DNA of 61,835 bases, counting the filler, from Globobulimina sp. (lineage: Eukaryota): assembly GCA_003354225.1 (NCBI GenBank). It is 14 parts of 14 records of this genome, joined end to end, with 100 filler letters (N's around TTAATTAATTAA, not from the genome) between each part and the next. Parts side by side here need not be neighbours in the genome. Positions count along the whole stretch, not along the records: positions 1 to 4,328 come from PIVH01001344.1; positions 4,429 to 8,756 come from PIVH01001345.1; positions 8,857 to 13,184 come from PIVH01001346.1; 11 more parts are not named here. One strand, 5' to 3'. Shown piece by piece: positions 1 through 12,704 of the stretch (position 1 is the first letter of the stretch; every line of letters starts with the position of its first letter). Below the pieces are notes generated by a model. That model saw only the letters and a program-made list of their open reading frames with translations, was not told where the DNA came from and made no database searches. The position numbers were made by a program, and so were the translations under genes.

Positions 1-8
1 TCGAGCCA

Positions 9-3000
9 ATGGATGATCGATCGCAATATATCCACCATACGCGACATTCCATTGCTTCTACGCAATCCCCACAGTCCGGGCTGCATTCGCCAACAAGCAA
101 TTATTCGTCAAATAACTTTGCATTGTCACCCACCAGAACCATTGTTTCTGTCTCCTCCAATAACAACAATACGAATAATAATAAAATAGCAAAGAAGAAT
201 GCAAATACTATCAGTTTATCATCAATGTATAGCTATGATGGCTTAGAAACGGTTTATACGCCGCATGAGCAACATACTGTTATTACTCCGACATCCACCA
301 ACTCAATATTTAATTTCTCAAATAATGCATCAAATTCATTCAATAATAACAATAATAATAATGGCTTTTCCTGGAGTGATTTTGATATATCACAACAATT
401 TATGAAAGCAAAGAATTTTATATCTGCGGAACCGATATTAAATGAATTGGTTTTATCGTTGATTAATTTTGATTGCAATGCTCCAAATATACCGTATTTT
501 AATTGTATTCATTTATATGCGCAATGTTTATATGAAATGAATAAATTTGAAGATGCATTGAAATACTTTAAAATGGCATTGATTTATAATGAGCATCATT
601 GTGATTGCAATTATAAATACGCCAAATTATTAAAGAAGTTTGAACAATTTGATGAGTCGCAAATATATTTTGAGAAATGTTGCAAACTATCACCATATGA
701 ACCGGATTACTTCTATCAATATGGCTTATTATTGGAGCTAATCAATGAACAAAGCGAAGCCATCAAACAATTCGAGAAAGCATACTATTTAAAACCCGAC
801 ATATTGAAATTCAAAATGAAATTGGACCAAATTAAATTGAAAGAGAAAAATAAAAATATGAGAAAACAGCAAGATAGAATATTAAATGGCGAATGTTACA
901 ATAACGAACAAGCAGACTTCGAAGGAGATATCCAAGACATTGAGGATATGGATGAAGAGAAACAAAATAAAGTCTATCCATGTCAGCCTAACGATGCTGT
1001 TGAGAATGCGGAGGAAAACAAATTAAAAATGGCTCAGAAATGTGTAGCTGAAAAGGATTGGAATGGAGCTAAATTATTATATGCCGAATTAGTAGATTTC
1101 GATGGAAACAATACAGATTTTAACATCCTATATTCGTATGCATCGGTATTGAGACAATGTGGTGCATTTAAGCAATGCGTCGAATATTACGAGTTAGCCA
1201 TTGGCATTAATTCCGAGCATGCTTTGTGTTTCTATGAATATGGCAATGTATTACATCGCGAATTAAATAATATAAACAAAGCCATGTATCAATACGAGAA
1301 ATGTTTGAAATTAACAAATTACAAAATGCATTCCTGTTTATTTGATTATGCCATTGTTTTGCAGCGGAAAAAAAAGACCAAAGAAGCCGCCAAATATTTT
1401 AAAAAAGCAATCATCGAATTAACGCAATTAAGCAAAACCATTGAAAGCGAGAAAAGTCGCAAAACATTGATAAACACATTGGCGAATTATCACAATCGGT
1501 ATGGTTTATTATTACGCAATGAGGCAAAGTATTTACTGGCAAACGAAGAATTTAAATTGGCCATTTCCTACAATTCGCACAATGGCAATTCCAATCGCGT
1601 CGATTTCGAAGCCAACCACGCGTACTCCTTATTTTTAAATGAGCGATACAAGGAATCCGAAGTGGGCATATTGTCCTGTTTGGAGCGCGACGACGAGAAC
1701 GCGTTCGTCAATCATGTGTACGCATTGTTGTTACGCAGAACCAACAGATTTGCCGAAGCCTTCCAATATCACCACAAAGCCATCCAATTGAACCCACACA
1801 ACAAGGAATTCAAGAAACGGTACGACGAATTCCTGGAATATTCCAACCGATTCAGCCACGACGAAAAGCAGAAAATGAAGCGCAAATTCGACAGAGCGCA
1901 GCAAATGATCAAAACCAAACATTTCGAGAAAGCCAGAGTTTTACTGAAACAGCTATCGAATGTGAACCCGTATAATATTGTGTATGTGTTCAAATTTGCG
2001 TTTGTGTTACACCGATTGAAGCAGTATAAGGAAGCGGAGAGATATTACAAATTGGCGTTGAATGTGGAAGGCGATCATAGTATTTGCCATTTTGATTACG
2101 GATTAATGTTATCCAAACTGCGGAGATTGGAGGAGGCGCAGTATCATTACAAGAGGTGTTTGCATATGAACCCTCAGGATTGGATTTGTCACATTAATTA
2201 TGCGCGACTGTTGGAGAAGAAGTGCAATTTTAAAGACGCGGCGTTTCATTTGGAGAAAGCGCTGCAAATTAATCCAAATGATGCGGAAGCACACCAATGT
2301 TATTCGCAAGTGGTTAAAAAATTGAAACAGCAGAAACATTGGACCAAAAAAGAGCAATCCACGGCCAATAATAATCATAATTGCAGCGCGAAGGCAATAT
2401 CGCCGTGGCGGAGAGTTACGACGCCGTCTCCGAAGAAGTTAACTGACACTATGTCGGAGCAACACGTTCAAGAGAAAAAAAAGGAGCAGCCCGCCATGGC
2501 GAAACCTGCCAAACCTACAAAGGCACCAATACGTAATCGACCCATTTACAATTTAAGCAATGCATTGAATTTGTATGAAAATGGACAATTTATCAAATCG
2601 AGGCAAATATTTATTAAATTGGTTGAGACGGATCGTACCAATTATCAATATGTGATTGGATATGCGCGCTGTCTATATTTTGGATTGCAAGAATTGAATA
2701 ATGCGGAACAACAATATCGAAATGCATTAAATATCAATCATTCCGACGATGAGTTACATTATGAATTAGGTCTGGTGTTATTTGATTTGAATCGCTTGAC
2801 CGAATCTGGCGATTTTATCGTGAATGCGTTGGAAATAAATGCGGATAATATCGAATATAATTATCAGTATGCGCTGATTTTGCAGGAATTGAATGATTTT
2901 CGCAGTGCGTTATCATATTATCATAAATGCGCAGAGATGCAATCGGATTATAAAGATATCCAAACGCGGATTGATGCGTTGTCCGCTTATGACGATGCCT

Positions 3001-4328
3001 TTGATGATTATAATAATTTTATTGAACCAGAAAGTGATTCACAGTCCGCATTGATGGATGTGAATGATATTATGGTCGAGATTAAAAGTTTAATATTTTT
3101 GACAGAATATCGCACTGCAAAAGAATTGTTAGCGCCATTCATGGCCGACGCTAAATTAACAATTGATAACTTTGAATATATTATAAAATACGCAGAGATT
3201 TTACTGAAATTGAATGAATTTAATGAATCTGAAGAATATTATAAAATCGCATTGAAATTGGAACCGGAGGAACCAACATGTTATTATAATTTGGGCATAA
3301 TTTGCGAGCAACGGCACAGAAACGAAGAAGCTTTGATGTATTTAGAAAAGGCAGCGGCATTACAACCAAATAATAACCAATTTCGAAATAAATATAATGA
3401 ATCCCTCGTAAAATTACAACAACAACAACACGCAAATTCCAATATAGCGTTTGGATCATTATTTGCTGGTTCTTCATTTGATATATTTCATACCGATCAA
3501 CCACAACCACCGCAACCACACACATCTACATCTGCGCCATCCTCAGGACCACCAATACAGACACAACCAGAAGGAGAGGGAGAAGAAAATCTAACAACGA
3601 ATAGCAAGCCAATTGAATATGATTATAATTCATATTTATTTGCTCCATCACCTTCGCCGGTATTTTATAGCAATGATCAACAGCAACAACAGCAAACACA
3701 GCAGCAACAAGCACAATATTATTACCATCATCATCACCATCACTCTCATTCTCATCACCATGAGTATGGCATTACCGATGAGGAGAAAATAAATGATATA
3801 TTTGCGACTCTGCCCTCCATTACAGACGACATCGAGACAGAGACAGTGCAGAGCAGCATCAATGAGGAGAAGACCGTGGAAGAGACTCAGCATCAGTCAT
3901 ATTGTGAGAAACAGCGGCGTTTAGAATTTCGATTATTTCTACAAGAAAAGGTGCAATTTAATACTAAGCATTTTGATCAATACTTTCGTCGCTTTGTCAA
4001 TGAAGGATTAGCCGATATTCGTATGGTGCCATATTTGGACGAATTAACTCTAACAAACATTGGAATGATTAAACCGCACCAAAAGTTGATGTTAAATAAA
4101 ATTGCACATTTTCAACAAGACATGAAATTATTTGCAAATATATTTAAAATCGTTGGTATTCCGACCAGATATTTTAATAATTTTGGCGATTATGGAATAT
4201 GTACAATACAATCATTTTGTAATAATTTCAAAAATAAATCAGATTTAAGATATATTATGGATAACAACGATGTAATTATTGAACAGTTATGGCAGCAAAT
4301 ACAAATTGCAAAACATAATGAATATAAT
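9..4328 (+). CDS. TPR-repeat protein with C-terminal SAM-like domain(s); runs to the contig end
   Basis: Many 34-aa TPR units (e.g. CHFDYGLMLSKLRRLEEAQYHYKRCLHMNP). C-terminal FDQYFRRFVNEGLADIRMVPYLDELTLTNIGMIKPHQKLMLNKI is SAM-like. Asn/Gln/His low-complexity tracts. Confidence 0.85.
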
Positions 4329-4428
4329 NNNNNNNNNNNNNNNNNNNNNNNNNNNNNNNNNNNNNNNNNNNNTTAATTAATTAANNNNNNNNNNNNNNNN
4401 NNNNNNNNNNNNNNNNNNNNNNNNNNNN
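4329..4428. other. Artificial contig spacer (N44-TTAATTAATTAA-N44), repeated at 8757, 13185, 17612, 22039, 26464, 30888, 35312, 39735, 44157, 48578, 52998 and 57417
   Basis: Identical 100-nt spacer with stops in all six frames. Contig lengths fall steadily from 4328 to 4319. Confidence 0.98.
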
Positions 4429-4446
4429 TTCTCGCCGCCGTAATAT

Positions 4447-5049
4447 ATGACGGCTTTTTTTCTCTTTCTCGCCGATATCATGTGTGACATGACGATATCG
4501 ATTGGTGATGACAACAAAATTAATTATGAAACAACAAGAGAGTCAAATAAAATCAGATCATTTGTATGCAAATCCTCAAATATTAAACAAGATATCAATG
4601 GAATTATGCTAACATTACAAGAAAGATACATTATTATCAATGATAATAAAGAAAAGTATTTATCTATGAAACAAATTGTATGCGAAACATTTGTAAATTG
4701 CAACGAATGGAATTCTTACGATATCAGAAGGTGTAAACACATTGATTATGATCAAAGAAACCAATTAATAAATAAATACATTGTAAATAAAGAAGAAAAA
4801 ATTAAAAAATACATGAATAATAACAAGGTTTATTTATTAAACAATAAATGGTGGAAATCTGATGAAGATAAAACACAAATTAATGAATACGCCACATATC
4901 AAAAAACATTCATTAATATAAAAGTCATAAATAAAATACTTTATAGAGCCATGGAATTATTACCTATCGAAGTTAAAGAAAAAATCACATTAAACATATA
5001 TTACAAATATCAACAAGCAATATCAAGATTGATACATAAAAAACATTAA
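4447..5049 (+). CDS. C-terminal part (motifs 6-7 and thumb) of a Penelope-like RT, 5'-truncated; no GIY-YIG motif seen
   Basis: CDMTISIGDDNKINYETTRESNKIRSFVCKSSN...GIMLTLQERYIIIND parallels the PLE pattern FLDitIsi..gkl.t..yrK.t....yl...S.HP...gi......R...icS. Confidence 0.55.
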   Translation: MTAFFLFLADIMCDMTISIGDDNKINYETTRESNKIRSFVCKSSNIKQDINGIMLTLQERYIIINDNKEKYLSMKQIVCETFVNCNEWNSYDIRRCKHIDYDQRNQLINKYIVNKEEKIKKYMNNNKVYLLNNKWWKSDEDKTQINEYATYQKTFINIKVINKILYRAMELLPIEVKEKITLNIYYKYQQAISRLIHKKH

Positions 5050-5537
5050 TTTATTTTTATATTTAATTTCATAAAAAATCTCTATTTATTTTTCACATTT
5101 TATATGTGTATGATTAAAAATAGAAATATAAAACCTCTATTACAGGAATTTATATTTTTAATTTTGGTCTGTAACAAATATGTTCAGATAACGTTGTTTT
5201 GAGTGTGTTTTGCCTTTTATGTGCATTTTATGCGTTTTTCGCATAAAGTTATTGATGTCTTTACGAGTTAGTAAAGTTTTTAAGCAAAACATCAACAACT
5301 TCTCTCCTTTTACCTTTGAATAAGAGGGATCCTAGTAATTATTTCTTATTTCCTGTTTAGATTACGAAAGATACCAAAGTCGATTATATTTACTATATAA
5401 TCCCGGCTCAACCTCGCTGCGCTCGGTTTCGCCACCTCGCTACGCTCGGTGTGAAAAAATATTGTAAACACTTCGTATCAATCAAACGGAAACAAAACAA
5501 TCATCAAACCATTTGCATATAAAAAGTATAACTCAAT

Positions 5538-7298
5538 ATGCAAACAAATAACATTGATAACTATAACAATGAAAATCAAATCAACAACAATTTAAATACA
5601 ATTTTAACTAATCCACAAACAACAAATCCTCCAAATCCTCCAACAACAATACCCCAAACACAAAATGCCACGAAAAGAAAGAGCAGAAAACGTAGAAATT
5701 CGGTGAGTTTAACCGACTACGAAATTAATTCTATTGGCAACAGACAAGAACGAAAAGGGTATATTCAAACTCTTCAACCACAAAATACAACAAATACTCA
5801 ACAACCACCATCCACAACGAGTATAATACCATATACAAGTAACGAAGCGGAAGAAACTGAATTAAAATATGATAATGACAGTGACAACGATGTAGTAACA
5901 ACGACATTAAATACAACAATAAATCCACCCACTTTCAGCCAACAATCACCGACTTCGCCAATACTTGAAATTGATAATGAATTAAATCAACAACAAAATA
6001 ATCGATTGAATATGGATGTGGATAATGAAGAAGTTGATATAATTAATAAATTGTATCATGATTTAAATCAACTCGTAAATCCAAATGAAAATGCGGCGAA
6101 TAACAATAATTTGCAGCAAAGTGACTATAATAATTTGCAAAAAGTCCTTAAAACGGAATTTATGAACAATTCCATGAAAGTCATCAACGAATCTCTCAAG
6201 AAATTAACTGAAATATCTACAAATATCTCATCATTGCACAATACCCCATTTGCTCCAAATATTAATAATCGTAAATTAAATTCGGTAATTAAGGAAATTA
6301 AAAGCAAACAAGAAATGTTATACAGTCTTAAAATGATTGTATTTAAACAGAATTTGTATGTCAACGCATCATTCATTCCAACGCACGAAAGGTTAAATAT
6401 TAAATTGATACAAAATCAAATCAAAGAAGACAATCAAGTGTCGCTTGAATATATTAATCGGACATTAAATACAGCCATGAAACTGTCAAAAGATAACTAT
6501 TCGGCGCGAATTAAAGAGAATGCAGCAAAGTTAAAATGGGCAAAAGAGCAATTAGAAAAAACGTATATTGCATTACGTATTGAAATTAGTCGCCACATTG
6601 CTACATTAAAGAGAGCGAATTACGCCATGAATACAGCAAAAGATGCACTGATTTCGCAGTACAAACAAGAAATTAATTTGATGCATAAAATCATCATTGA
6701 TTCAGCAAATTTTCATAAAGATAAATTTGATAAATACCAAACAAACACAGTATACGAATTCAGTAAATTAGCTGAAAAATTAAAAATTAAAGTATTGGAC
6801 TCAAATGAATGTAATTATGGCTATATTTTAGATAAAGCAAAATTACAAAAAGAGAAAAATAAAAACAAAGTATATAAATCAACCATTACTGACACCAATT
6901 TCAATCCATTCATACCAAACAATCAGAACTCTCTAGAAAAAGAAGAAAAACGTGAATGGGAAATGTTTAAACCGCAAATGATGCGCTTCAAACAATTTAA
7001 TTATATCAATATTAATAGATTTAAATCCAGAGAGATGGTCGTAAAATATTATGGAAACGAACACGATATTTATTCAATAAAAAGATCAAAAATGTCGTAT
7101 CAAAATAAAATTAAACAGCAAAAACAAGCTGAAATTAAACGGAGAAAGAAAAACAAACAAAATGGAGGTAAATCAAATAATAAATACAAAAATAAAAACA
7201 AAAACAAAAATAAAAACAGAAATAAATATGGCAACAAACCATATAAACCGTATGGTAGCAATCCAAACAAAAACAAGAGACAAAAATCACATTTTTAA
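5538..7298 (+). CDS. ORF1 of the Penelope-like element: low-complexity N-terminus, coiled-coil core, highly basic C-terminus
   Basis: 586-aa ORF directly upstream of the RT. Heptad-rich helical middle, KRKSRKRR NLS-like motif and KNKNKNKN tail. Confidence 0.65.
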   Translation: MQTNNIDNYNNENQINNNLNTILTNPQTTNPPNPPTTIPQTQNATKRKSRKRRNSVSLTDYEINSIGNRQERKGYIQTLQPQNTTNTQQPPSTTSIIPYTSNEAEETELKYDNDSDNDVVTTTLNTTINPPTFSQQSPTSPILEIDNELNQQQNNRLNMDVDNEEVDIINKLYHDLNQLVNPNENAANNNNLQQSDYNNLQKVLKTEFMNNSMKVINESLKKLTEISTNISSLHNTPFAPNINNRKLNSVIKEIKSKQEMLYSLKMIVFKQNLYVNASFIPTHERLNIKLIQNQIKEDNQVSLEYINRTLNTAMKLSKDNYSARIKENAAKLKWAKEQLEKTYIALRIEISRHIATLKRANYAMNTAKDALISQYKQEINLMHKIIIDSANFHKDKFDKYQTNTVYEFSKLAEKLKIKVLDSNECNYGYILDKAKLQKEKNKNKVYKSTITDTNFNPFIPNNQNSLEKEEKREWEMFKPQMMRFKQFNYININRFKSREMVVKYYGNEHDIYSIKRSKMSYQNKIKQQKQAEIKRRKKNKQNGGKSNNKYKNKNKNKNKNRNKYGNKPYKPYGSNPNKNKRQKSHF

Positions 7299-7333
7299 TA
7301 GTCCCTCAACACATTTCTTCCATCATTCATTTA

Positions 7334-8756
7334 ATGCATACAATATTTTATAATGCCTTTTATTTTCTGCATATAATAAAATTTATGATTAGTAATGAAA
7401 TTATTATATCATTATTAAAATCATTTGCATTGTGTGTTGAGGGTATAAATATTTTAATATCCACATTCTTAATATTTTCTATTGTCTCAAGCGCTCTGTA
7501 TAGCAATATACAGTTCAAACAACCACATTATTCTCAATTTAATAGCTCATTATCAAATATTTACGATAATGATATCTCAAATTTAATCAATAATAATTCA
7601 TTACAATTTGACACAAATATTGAAATAATTAATGACGACATAAAACAATACGTTGAGCTAACAATTTGGAGCAACATATTCAACAAAAATCAGTTGCCAT
7701 ATGACATAAAATTGGCTACCTATAAACCATTGAGATGGAGACCCACCGATAAAAATTATCAATTATTTGAAAGTGACATGGAAAATATACCAAATAATTT
7801 CATTAAAAAAGTTGAAAAATTAATAAATAAACATTTTACAATCAATCTCAATGTATGGACAAGAATACCATTTATGAATAAATTTAATAAATTTAAAAAT
7901 TACATAAAAAGCGAATTCAAACGGTACAAATCAAGCATCACCAACAAAAATATCAGAAATATTAATATGAATCCAACGCAAATTAATATTTTAAAATTCC
8001 TACCAATTAAATATCCATCCACTGAAATTTTAGTATGTGACAAAAATCGTGGAAATGCCATCATTGACACATATATTTGGAAAGAATTGCAAGCAAAATA
8101 TATTGAAAATAATGGAAATAATTTCATTAATATACAAAACTGCGTATCTGTCAATGAACTAATAAACAACGGCCGCACTGATTTAATTAATATAATATAT
8201 AAATATAAATCATTGATACCAAATTATGGCAAAACCGTTGGTTTATTAAATGCAGGAAAATATGATAAAATTGGAAAATGGAAACCGATCCCCAAAATCC
8301 ATAAAAAATACAAAGAGGGCCCAATGAAAGGAATGCAAAAACCCTCAGTCAGACCAATAATATCTTTGAAAGGGACATTATTAGAAATCTCAGGCAAAAT
8401 ATCAATGGAAGGGGCGAGAAAAATTAATTATGGCTTAATTCATTATTATCCAAACAAAACATTTGAAAGCGATGACATTAGAGACATTGTGATAAAATTA
8501 GATGAATTGAACAATAATTTAATATTGAATGACAATGACATTATATTTATATCGGACATCAACGTAATGTACGACCATATTGATGGTGATATGGTACATA
8601 AATCGTATGAAATAGCAAAGAATCACTTGTTACCACCCAATTATGTAACCGATGAAGAAGTAAATTTATTCCATACTGCCACAAACCAAGTTTACGACAA
8701 CGCATTTTTTAGTTATCACGACACAACGAAGAAAATAATCAACTCACAAGTACAAG
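7334..8756 (+). CDS. Penelope-like reverse transcriptase, N-terminal part (cut by contig end)
   Basis: CDKNRGNAIID, WKPIPKIHKK, VRPIISLKGT, FISDINVMYDHID and NAFFSY appear in PLE motif order. Confidence 0.8.
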
Positions 8757-9364
8757 NNNNNNNNNNNNNNNNNNNNNNNNNNNNNNNNNNNNNNNNNNNN
8801 TTAATTAATTAANNNNNNNNNNNNNNNNNNNNNNNNNNNNNNNNNNNNNNNNNNNNAAAGTAGGAAGAAAAAAATATATATTCAGATCACCTGATGGGAT
8901 CAGCAAGATATTAATGATTGGTATTCACTATTCAGCCGACCGTGTTTCTAATAGCAAAATTTCACAAACAAAAACTACCTCTCGACCTCTACTGTCATAT
9001 GGAAAGACGGAGGCGGTTTGTATGTAAATTGAAACTTGCGACCGTTTTTCCTTGTTATTTTAATTGTAGCTCATCACGTTTTTAATGGTTTGCATGCTGT
9101 TTGCGCGGTTGCACTGCGAATCTGGTTCAAAAAGAATCTTAGAAACGTTTTACTTAATCAATGCAAAACTGACAGCATTATCGGAAAAAATGTAAAAAAA
9201 AGGAATAAAATAATATTCAATATAGCAGAAAAAAAAAGGATGTAACCAAATATAACTCAATAATACAAATATATTTTTATATATACTCACAAAAAATAAT
9301 TGAAAAAAATAACTCGTTGCATACAAACATTTAACAATATAAAAATATAATAAATCAAAATCCA

Positions 9365-11506
9365 TTAATCATTTAAATAATAAGTATCCTCGACAACTGT
9401 CGATCTGGTTTGAGAATGTGATTTAAAATCCGAATACGTCGGTTCCTCCTTTCCTACCAATCGAATAGCATACGATACTCGGTCTGGTTCCTCCTCCTCA
9501 TTAACAACCATACTATCCTCAAATCTAAACTCCTTCATATATTCCTTTGGTGCAGGCGTGTGTTCCAACGAATAACTCTTCAAACTTTTACTATGATCCT
9601 CTGCCACTTCCAACGCAATGTGATGCTCATCACCAACGCCATTATTCCCTTGCTTTTTTATCCCAACCTGCGGTGGATTGCATTTAAACTGCTCCCGGAT
9701 TTGAATAATTTCCTCTTCAATATGTTGCATAGTTTGCTGCATATTATCTTTTTTAAGATTAATATCACTCATCGCATGCACATGGATGCCATCCCTAGTC
9801 TTGATCTGTATACTAATCAGTGGCGACGGCGAAATGGACGGTGTTTTCCGACCATAGGGCTCCGTGGAGAGGGTCGGGTGTCGCACAGCTCGCATTGAGT
9901 CCATATCCTTATCACTTTCACCATCAAACGTGATGGTATGCAACTGTTTCATTATGGTATCATCCGACAATGATTCGCTATCTTCCACATACCGATTATA
10001 GCACTCCTCGTCACTGTGTGCATGCGCACAGGTGTTTATTTGTGGCGGTGGCGGAATGTTTGACCTGCGCACATTTGGATGAATGGCTGGAAACCGTAGC
10101 GATGAGTCGGACTCTGGCAATGGTGGCGGTGGCGGAACAGTATGAGTATAATGTATGTACGGAGGGATATTCGTAGGTGGCCGCGGTGTGTAATTCTTAT
10201 ACAATGTGCGTTGGGTCAAAGGCAAAGAGGTTCGGGTATGACTTGTCTGACTATGCTTGCCCGGCAGTGTGGTGTTATTGGTCTGGCGATGTATCATTAA
10301 ATCATACACATTAAATTCTCTATGCGTAGAATTTATATCAGGAAGGGGAGTGATTCGGACGCCTTCGTTTAACGACACAGAGGTCTCGCTATCAGTGGAC
10401 GACTCGGGGTTGGATACACATGTCATGGCAGGAGCAACACTGGCAATGTTATGGTTGTTTTTGCTGTGTTGCAGTTCGACTGCAGTGGCTGTGGCTGGTG
10501 TGCTGTTATCAGATTGTACTCTGTAGATATATGGCACATTGCCAGTCGAGGTTGGAGTTAATATATTCTTTTTATGGCAGCCAGTGTCAAAAGAGTCATT
10601 GAAGGAAGTGGGTATATTCAATTGCGAGGGATTAAAATTGACGGATTTTGAATCTAATCTGCGTTGTTCATCGTGTATTAGTTTTTGGGTATGATAATGA
10701 CTGAGATATACCCAACAAAACAGTATACAGCACACGATGAAGATTAATAACAATAAGATGATAATCACGTAGTATAATGGATGTACACCATGGATTGTAT
10801 ACAAATCGAAATCAGAAACATGTACATATTTGACTTAATGTTAATTTATAGAATCGTTTTTTTTATGTTGTACAATTTAAAAATACAAACCTGATGGAGA
10901 TACTGTTGGAGATATTGTTGGTGACATTGTTGGCGATGTGGAGGTTGAAACCGTTTCAATTGGATCTAAATTATTACTGTATTTCTGAGTGGAATCAGTG
11001 GATGGTGCAGTGGTGGGAGATAAAGTAAATATGTTTGGTATATTTGAGAATGCGCAGTATCCATTGCATTGGAATGAATGTGCGATGCTAGTATTTATAA
11101 ATCCAAATGATTCACAGCTAGCTTTGCCTTCGCATGATATTTTACAATCACCAGCACCACATAGCAGTGTGTTGGATGATTTGCAAGTGTCTTCTCCATT
11201 GCATATAAGATTTACATGGGTGGCGGTGCGTGCTTGGATAGTAAGTGTATCGGAACAGGCAGCTTTAGCTTCGCAACGAATTTCACATGGATCGCCTGCT
11301 CGACAATATAATGTTGTGGATTTACAACTGTCCTTTGCAGTGCAGTTAAAGATGCAGGTTTCGCCAGTTATTGATGCAGTGGGACAATGACATTCGCTCG
11401 ACGTAGGTGTGCAAGTTATTATTTGAGAATGTGTCGTGTGTATGGAGAAGATGGATAGAATGAGAACGGAGACTAGAATATGTTTAGTTTTATTATTTGA
11501 CGCCAT
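9365..11506 (-). CDS. Type I membrane protein: signal peptide, Cys-rich ectodomain, TM helix, Pro-rich cytoplasmic tail; intron 10834-10890
   Basis: Two ORFs join in frame through a 57-nt GT...AG intron (TCA G|TC AAA). Hydrophobic TM YVIIILLLLIFIVCCILFCWVYL. Confidence 0.8.
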
Positions 11507-11603
11507 GATGTAGTAGTAGTTTAGTTGAGCTAAGTAGAGCTTTAACGCAGTTTATTTTCTGTGACATAAAAATTGCTTTGAAAGAGGGTATGCTGACTTT
11601 TGC

Positions 11604-12135
11604 ACGAGAAATACTGAAAATCGTTTTTTTCGTTTCGAGAAATACTAAAAAATATTACAAGAGAAATACTAAATATTGATGAAATCACAAAAGTTCTATT
11701 GTATTTATTATGTATTTCGAGTATATTTCGTTAGTTATTTTAAAAAGTGATTTCATCAATTTTCATGTTTGATTTTCACCTGTATTTCTAAATTTAAAAG
11801 ATCTCTTGTATTTCTCTACGATATTGACGATTTCTTATTTTCTCCTATATTGATGATTTCAAATATATACATTAGAAATACAAAAAACTATAATTTGATT
11901 TTTTGTAAATCGAACATATTTCTACAATATTGTTGACGGTTTGATGATATTTTGATTTTCTCTTGTATTTCTAAGCCTACTTTCTCTTGTATTTCTAAAG
12001 CATAAAATGGGACTAGAAATACATACATATAACAGTAGAAACTACATTTTAAAATACAAGAGAAGAGCAAATCACGATTTGCTATTCTCTTGTATTTCTA
12101 AGCATACTTTCTCTTGTATTTTTTTAGTATTTCTT
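11604..12135. repeat. AT-rich array of TCTCTTGTATTT(CTA) / AAATACAAGAGA units in both orientations
   Basis: Units near 11656, 11802, 11959, 11983, 12053, 12087 and 12110. Confidence 0.6.
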
Positions 12136-12704
12136 TATAAGTTATAATAAATTTCATATAGATTAATCAATTTGACAAAAAATAGAATTGCAGGCAGTCG
12201 AACACTTGAGACTTCCAAGGTTATTGCAGCAGACACGAGAAAAGATTTTCTGATAAACTATAAACTAACTCTACTTAAGTTATTCATCAGAAATGAAAAA
12301 CTTTTCTCTTTCCTTCTTTAAAGAGTACAACCCTGGCGCCAGAAGAGCGAAACTTAGTATTACGTAATTATGTCCGCAGAACGAATATGAAAGTAGAAAA
12401 GTAACAAGCCAGTAATCACCTTTATTGACATTACATAGTTACATTGTTGGTGCGGATTAATTTTTTATTTAACAATACAATTTGGTGTCATTCACACTGT
12501 GTTATGATTGAATATAGGCATTCCAGTGGTGATTCGCTTGGCGTACAACAGTTTGATAACTGATGAGTATTGTTTTTGTCCCGATGACTGGTTTTAAACA
12601 TGAATGAATGAATTGTTGTGGTAATGATGAAATGCGAAGGGATTATGCATTGTTTCATTGACAATACTTATATTTATTAAATGAATTACCAATGCAGAAA
12701 AAAA

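Larger units (their letters stand above)
4429..8756 (+). mobile_element. Penelope-like retroelement, head-to-tail arrangement: RT C-terminus, spacer, ORF1, RT N-terminus
   Basis: PLE RT motifs DKNRGNAIID, PKIHK, RPIIS and DINVMYDHI lie in 7334-8756. The upstream ORF resembles the PLE RT motif 6-7 and thumb region. Confidence 0.75.

Noticed and set aside
5050-5537. Hammerhead ribozyme in the Penelope-like spacer
   Set aside because: No CTGANGA...GAAA core found on either strand.
12333-12345. TGGCGCCAGAA as an LTR primer-binding site
   Set aside because: No LTR pair and no gag/pol ORF nearby; the match is too short.
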